Shown here piece by piece: positions 19,784-24,000 of a DNA stretch of 24,000 nt (position 1 is the stretch's first letter; every line of letters starts with the position of its first letter). Made by a program: the position numbers and the translations under genes. The DNA comes from Shewanella halotolerans (GTDB lineage Bacteria > Pseudomonadota > Gammaproteobacteria > Enterobacterales > Shewanellaceae). The notes under the pieces are model-generated. The model was not told the DNA's origin, did no database searches, and worked only from the letters and a program-made list of their open reading frames with translations. Location of the stretch: NCBI RefSeq assembly GCF_019457535.1, contig NZ_CP080417.1:4542643-4566642 (forward strand), written 5' to 3'.

Positions 19784-21454
19784 TTATAGGTCAAGCATGG
19801 GCAGATCCAGGCCCTGCTCCTTGGCGCACTGCTTGGCGATCTCATAGCCCGCATCCGCATGACGCATCACGCCGGTGGCCGGATCGTTCCACAGCACACG
19901 GCCCAGACGCGCCTCGGCCTCATCGGTACCATCGGCAACGATCACCACACCCGAGTGCTGGCTGAAGCCCATGCCGACGCCGCCGCCATGGTGCAGAGAC
20001 ACCCAGGTCGCGCCGCTTGCCGTGTTAAGCAGGGCATTCATCAGCGGCCAATCCGATACCGCATCGCTGCCGTCCAGCATAGATTCGGTCTCACGATTAG
20101 GGCTGGCCACAGAGCCTGAATCCAGGTGGTCACGACCGATCACGATTGGCGCCGACAGCTCGCCGTTTTTCACCATCTCGTTGAAGGCCTTAGCCAGACG
20201 CGCCCTGTCTTTCAGACCGACCCAGCAGATACGTGCCGGCAGGCCCTGGAAGGCGATGCGCTCGCGCGCCATGTCCAGCCAGTTATGCAGGTGTGGGTTG
20301 TCTGGGATCAGCTCCTTCACCTTGGCATCTGTCTTGTAGATATCTTCCGGATCGCCAGAGAGCGCCGCCCAGCGGAAGGGACCTATTCCTTCGCAGAAGA
20401 GTGGGCGCACATAGGCGGGCACGAAACCTGGGAAGTCGAAGGCATTTTCCACGCCCTCGTCGAACGCCATCTGGCGAATGTTGTTACCATAATCTGTGGT
20501 GGCCGCGCCTGCTGCCTGCAGGGCCAGCATGGCTTTCACCTGTACCGCCATCGACTGCTTGGCCGCCTTCACCACGGCCGCCTCATCTTTTTTGCGCATC
20601 TCGGCGGCATACTCTAACGTCCAGCCCTGTGGCAGGTAGCCGTTTAGTGGGTCGTGGGCCGAGGTCTGGTCGGTCACTACATCCGGGGTGATACCACGCT
20701 CGACCAGCTCGGCGAAGACATCGGCGGCGTTGGCGAGCAGGCCGACAGAAACAGGCTTGCCACTCTTGTTGGCTTCGTCGATCATCGCCAGCGCCTCATC
20801 CAGGCTAGTGGCCTTCTTGTCCACATAACGGGTACGCAGACGGAAGTCGATGCGGGTCTCGTCAACCTCACAAGCCAGTACAGAGTAGCCCGCCATGGTC
20901 CCGGCCAGTGGCTGAGCGCCACCCATGCCACCCAAGCCGCCGGTGAGGATCCACTTGCCGCTGGCGTCACCGCCAAAGTGCTGCTTGGCCATGGCCACGA
21001 AGGTCTCATAGGTGCCCTGGACTATGCCCTGAGAGCCGATGTAGATCCAAGAACCTGCAGTCATCTGGCCATACATGGCCAGGCCCTTCTTATCCAGCTC
21101 GTTGAAGTGTTCCCAGTTGGCCCAGTGTGGCACCAGGTTAGAGTTAGCGATGATGACGCGTGGCGCATTGCTGTGGGTCTTGAACACGCCCACAGGCTTA
21201 CCCGACTGTACCAGCAGGGTCTCGTCTTCTTCGAGACGCTGCAGCACCTCTACTATCTTGTCATAACACTGCCAGTCACGGGCCGCACGGCCGATACCGC
21301 CGTAGACCACCAGGTCTTCCGGGCGCTCGGCGACATCTGGGTGCAGGTTGTTCATCAGCATGCGCATCGGCGCCTCGGTGAGCCAGCTCTTACAGCTCAG
21401 CGTAGTGCCATGTGGCGCTATGATGCGACGGCTTGGGTCGTGTCTCTTATCCAT
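19784..21454 (-). CDS. hutU: Urocanate hydratase HutU
   Basis: 556 aa with conserved urocanase blocks: [79 protein letters not shown] precedes the ATG. Confidence 0.95.
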   Translation of the reverse strand: MDKRHDPSRRIIAPHGTTLSCKSWLTEAPMRMLMNNLHPDVAERPEDLVVYGGIGRAARDWQCYDKIVEVLQRLEEDETLLVQSGKPVGVFKTHSNAPRVIIANSNLVPHWANWEHFNELDKKGLAMYGQMTAGSWIYIGSQGIVQGTYETFVAMAKQHFGGDASGKWILTGGLGGMGGAQPLAGTMAGYSVLACEVDETRIDFRLRTRYVDKKATSLDEALAMIDEANKSGKPVSVGLLANAADVFAELVERGITPDVVTDQTSAHDPLNGYLPQGWTLEYAAEMRKKDEAAVVKAAKQSMAVQVKAMLALQAAGAATTDYGNNIRQMAFDEGVENAFDFPGFVPAYVRPLFCEGIGPFRWAALSGDPEDIYKTDAKVKELIPDNPHLHNWLDMARERIAFQGLPARICWVGLKDRARLAKAFNEMVKNGELSAPIVIGRDHLDSGSVASPNRETESMLDGSDAVSDWPLMNALLNTASGATWVSLHHGGGVGMGFSQHSGVVIVADGTDEAEARLGRVLWNDPATGVMRHADAGYEIAKQCAKEQGLDLPMLDL

Positions 21455-21577
21455 TCTTGCTTACCTCAATTGTGCTGTCTCGATGACATTATTTTTATCT
21501 TTATTCAGTAACTTATTACCTGTTGCAGCCTAAGTACTGCTAAGGGAAACAGGCCGTTCCCAAATGGGTTTATCGCC

Positions 21578-22285
21578 TTACCGGTTAAAGGTCAGGTGTC
21601 CACCGAGGCGGAAACGGCTGCCCGGATGCAGCAGGCGAGCGAAACTCACCACGCCCTGCCTGGACCAGGTGCGACGCAGGATCTGCAGGCAAGGTTCGCT
21701 TTGGGTTATCTGCAATCGCTCGCGCTGGATATCGTCAGCCACCACGGCCTCTATGGTGTGGCGGGCCTCGGTGAGCGGCGCCACGAAGGAGAGATATTCG
21801 TGGGGCGTCTGCAGGCTAAAATCCTGGGCCAGATAGTCGGGCACCAGCTGGGGGTTAACGAAACGCTCCTCCAACTGCAACGGTGTCCCCTGCTCGCAGT
21901 GCACCAGTACCGAGTAGAACACCTCGCTGCCCTCCTCGAGCCCAAGGGCGATGGCGATCTGCGCCGTGGCCTGGGTTAGGGTCAACTCAAGTTGCTCCAC
22001 GCTGTAGCCATGACCCCTGTCTTTGATCTCGTCGGCGATGTTGCGGATCGCCATCATGGAGGATTGTGACTTAAGCCCGGCGACGAAGGTGCCCAGCCCC
22101 TGGGAGCGCTCGAGCACGCCGGACTCGGTCAGCTCGGTCAGGGCGCGCCGCGCCGTCATGCGGCTACAGGTAAACAGCTCGGCCAGCTGGTTCTCCGACG
22201 GCACGCGGCTATGCTGCTGCCACTCGCCGGACTCCACCTTGGTCAAGATAAACTGTTTGATCTCTGCAAACTTGGGCGTCGCCAT
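21578..22285 (-). CDS. hutC: Histidine utilization repressor HutC (GntR family, HutC/UTRA subfamily)
   Basis: 235 aa. It has an N-terminal winged HTH (LPSENQLAELFTCSRMTARRALTELTESGVLERSQGLGTFV) and a C-terminal UTRA-like domain. It sits upstream of hutU-hutH and divergent from hutI, next to a HutC-type palindrome. Confidence 0.85.
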   Translation of the reverse strand: MATPKFAEIKQFILTKVESGEWQQHSRVPSENQLAELFTCSRMTARRALTELTESGVLERSQGLGTFVAGLKSQSSMMAIRNIADEIKDRGHGYSVEQLELTLTQATAQIAIALGLEEGSEVFYSVLVHCEQGTPLQLEERFVNPQLVPDYLAQDFSLQTPHEYLSFVAPLTEARHTIEAVVADDIQRERLQITQSEPCLQILRRTWSRQGVVSFARLLHPGSRFRLGGHLTFNR

Positions 22286-22377
22286 CTCTGCTCCTCTGTG
22301 GGCGCACCCGATGGATTATGACTTCCCAGGCATCGCCGCAAACTCGATTACACTTTTCAAATGTTGAAAATTACCGC

Positions 22378-22383
22378 TATAAT
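22378..22383 (+). promoter_or_regulatory. Candidate -10 hexamer (TATAAT) of the hutI promoter
   Basis: A perfect TATAAT lies 88 nt upstream of the hutI ATG. The predicted transcription start falls inside the HutC palindrome. The -35 at 17-bp spacing is poor (TTTCAA). Confidence 0.35.
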
Positions 22384-22384
22384 C

Positions 22385-22416
22385 CTAGCTTGTATATACA
22401 AGTAAATACAAGCTAG
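22385..22416. promoter_or_regulatory. HutC operator: perfect 14-bp palindrome CTTGTATATACAAG (22389-22402) nested in a second 10-bp-arm inverted repeat
   Basis: Read directly. The core matches the HutC-subfamily operator (TGTA-N-TACA, Pseudomonas/Enterobacteria-type CTTGTATATACAAG). The outer repeat is CTAGCTTGTA (22385-22394) paired with TACAAGCTAG (22407-22416). Confidence 0.7.
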
Positions 22417-22470
22417 CTCACATAAATTTATTGCCGCCACCGTTAGGGCGCGCCAGTCGAGGGAAACATC

Positions 22471-23697
22471 ATGTCTTGGGATCAGGTTTGGATAGACGTC
22501 AACATCGCCACTATGGACCCTGAAATTTCAGCGCCTTACGGTGCGATCACCGATTCCGCCATCGCCGTCAAGGAGGGCAAGATCGCCTGGATGGGTCCCC
22601 GCAGCGAGCTACCCGAGTTCGATGTCTTGTCAACGCCGGTTTACAGAGGCAAGGGCGGCTGGCTCACCCCAGGCCTTATCGACGCCCACACCCATCTGGT
22701 GTTCGCCGGCAACCGCGCCAACGAGTTTGAGCTGCGCCTGCAAGGTGCCAGTTATGAAGAGATCGCCCGCGCCGGCGGCGGCATCATCAGCACGGTCAAG
22801 GCCTGCCGCGAGGCCAGCGAGGCCGAGCTGTTCGAACTGGGACGCCAACGCCTCAATGCCCTCGCCAAAGAAGGGGTAACCACGGTCGAGATAAAATCAG
22901 GCTACGGTCTGGACACAGAGACAGAGCTCAAGCTCCTCAGGGTCGCCCGCGAGCTTGGCAAGCATCACCATGTAGATGTGAAAACCACCTTCCTCGGCGC
23001 CCACGCCATTCCGCCCGAGTACAAGGACAACAGCGACGCCTATGTGGACTTAGTGATCGACGAGATGCTGCCCGCCGTGATTAACGAAAACCTGGCCGAT
23101 GCCGTGGATGTCTTCTGTGAAAATATCGCCTTCAGCCTGGAGCAGACAGAGCGCGTACTGAGCGCGGCCAAAGCGGCCGGTCTGGATATCAAGCTGCACG
23201 CCGAGCAACTCTCTAACCTGGGCGGTTCGGCTATGGCCGCCAAATTGGGCGCCAAGTCGGTAGACCATATCGAATACCTGGACGAGGCTGGCGTGAAGGC
23301 CCTGAGCGAGAGCGGCACCTGTGCCACCCTGCTCCCCGGCGCCTTCTACTTCCTGCGGGAAACCCAGATGCCGCCTATCGACCTGCTACGTCAATACGGT
23401 GTGCCCATGGTGCTGGCCAGCGACTATAACCCTGGCTCTTCGCCGCTCTGCTCTAGCCTGCTGATGCTCAACATGGGCTGCACCCTGTTCCGCCTCACCC
23501 CAGAGGAAGCTCTGGCGGGCATGACCCGCAACGCGGCCAAGGCGCTGGGAGTCGAGGACTCAGTTGGCACACTCAAGGTCGGCATGCAAGCCGACTTCTG
23601 TCTGTGGGATATCACCACCCCAGCGGCGCTGGCCTACAGCTATGGGGTGGATGTGTGTAAGGGATTGGTGAAAAACGGGAACTTGGTTCATCAGTAA
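22471..23697 (+). CDS. hutI: Imidazolonepropionase HutI
   Basis: 408 aa amidohydrolase with metal-binding motif [11 protein letters not shown], plus [23 protein letters not shown] and [10 protein letters not shown] blocks. GAGGGA lies 7 nt upstream of the ATG. Confidence 0.95.
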   Translation: MSWDQVWIDVNIATMDPEISAPYGAITDSAIAVKEGKIAWMGPRSELPEFDVLSTPVYRGKGGWLTPGLIDAHTHLVFAGNRANEFELRLQGASYEEIARAGGGIISTVKACREASEAELFELGRQRLNALAKEGVTTVEIKSGYGLDTETELKLLRVARELGKHHHVDVKTTFLGAHAIPPEYKDNSDAYVDLVIDEMLPAVINENLADAVDVFCENIAFSLEQTERVLSAAKAAGLDIKLHAEQLSNLGGSAMAAKLGAKSVDHIEYLDEAGVKALSESGTCATLLPGAFYFLRETQMPPIDLLRQYGVPMVLASDYNPGSSPLCSSLLMLNMGCTLFRLTPEEALAGMTRNAAKALGVEDSVGTLKVGMQADFCLWDITTPAALAYSYGVDVCKGLVKNGNLVHQ

Positions 23698-23712
23698 GAT
23701 TGTTAGACGCCT

Positions 23713-23738
23713 GAGCGATGATGCGTACTCATCGTTTG
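23713..23738 (+). terminator. Possible weak hutI terminator hairpin
   Basis: CGATGA-tgcgtac-TCATCG (23716-23734), extendable by G-U/A-U pairs, but followed only by TTTG. It is 16 nt after the hutI stop. The short T-tract makes this tentative. Confidence 0.3.
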
Positions 23739-23822
23739 GGTGGTCTCCCTCCCAAATTTTTCATTTGATAGGTCTTTGCAGACCATAGCGCCTAGGTGAT
23801 CAATTGCCTGCCGCAGGCTTAT

Positions 23823-23912
23823 GTGCAGACACGGCATCGACACGCTGTAAATATGTCCCTATACGCTCCACGAAAACATCCCTGTTTTCGAGGGTCTCTG
23901 CCGTATCTACAC
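23823..23912. repeat. Nested inverted repeats in the non-coding region downstream of hutI
   Basis: The outer arms gtgcagacacggca (23823-23836) and tgccgtatctacac (23899-23912) pair at 12 of 14 positions. The inner hairpin CGAAAACA-tccc-TGTTTTCG (23871-23890) is perfect. Function is unknown. Confidence 0.4.
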
Positions 23913-24000
23913 CGAGTCTTTCATCTCTTCGATTTAGCTTAATGGGTGAAAAACTGTGGTTAACTCATTAATATTTAAATTGTTTCATGAGAGCCAGCTA

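Noticed and set aside
20654-21511. 285-aa plus-strand ORF, and other plus-strand ORFs (19859-20691), inside the hutU region
   Set aside because: They are antisense to hutU, whose identity is unambiguous. They show no motifs or translation signals and are GC-driven artefacts.
21545-21562. Hairpin GGGAA-N8-TTCCC in the hutC-hutU gap, considered as a possible hutC terminator
   Set aside because: The stem is only 5 bp, the loop is large, and no T-tract follows on the minus strand. This is more consistent with read-through from hutC into hutU-hutH.

Overview
This window looks like ordinary, densely coding chromosomal DNA from a gammaproteobacterium. Gene content and order suggest a Shewanella-like organism: trkA-trkH, an rlmF with a Lys-rich tail, a GlyGly-CTERM protease, and hutI divergent from hutC-hutU-hutH. 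That assignment is inference; I could not run a search. I support 21 protein-coding genes. They are: the trkA 3' end; trkH; rlmF; an orphan FliL-family gene; ubiC; a PrtV-like M6 metalloprotease with two PKD domains and a GlyGly-CTERM tail; a YgjK-like GH63 glycosidase; a MarC-family protein; a 532-aa histidine-rich polytopic membrane protein; a TANGO2/NRDE-family protein; a secreted SnoaL/DUF4440-like protein; a PlsC-type acyltransferase; a LysE-family exporter; a YbdG-type mechanosensitive channel; a small beta-barrel outer-membrane protein; a secreted Q/T-rich hypothetical protein; a PaaI-type thioesterase; and hutH, hutU, hutC and hutI. Three clear Rho-independent terminators and a perfect 14-bp HutC-type operator palindrome are visible. 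I found no rRNA, tRNA, CRISPR array, transposase, integrase or phage gene, and no recognisable defence island. The most interesting items are modest. (1) The His-rich two-module membrane protein appears co-transcribed with a bacterial TANGO2 homologue, downstream of a Fur-box-like site. (2) A perfect in-frame 12-bp tandem repeat encodes a (KPKA)n basic tail on RlmF. (3) The hut control region has nested, overlapping palindromes. (4) The non-coding stretch after hutI is rich in hairpins. The many long antisense ORFs in the track are GC-driven artefacts.
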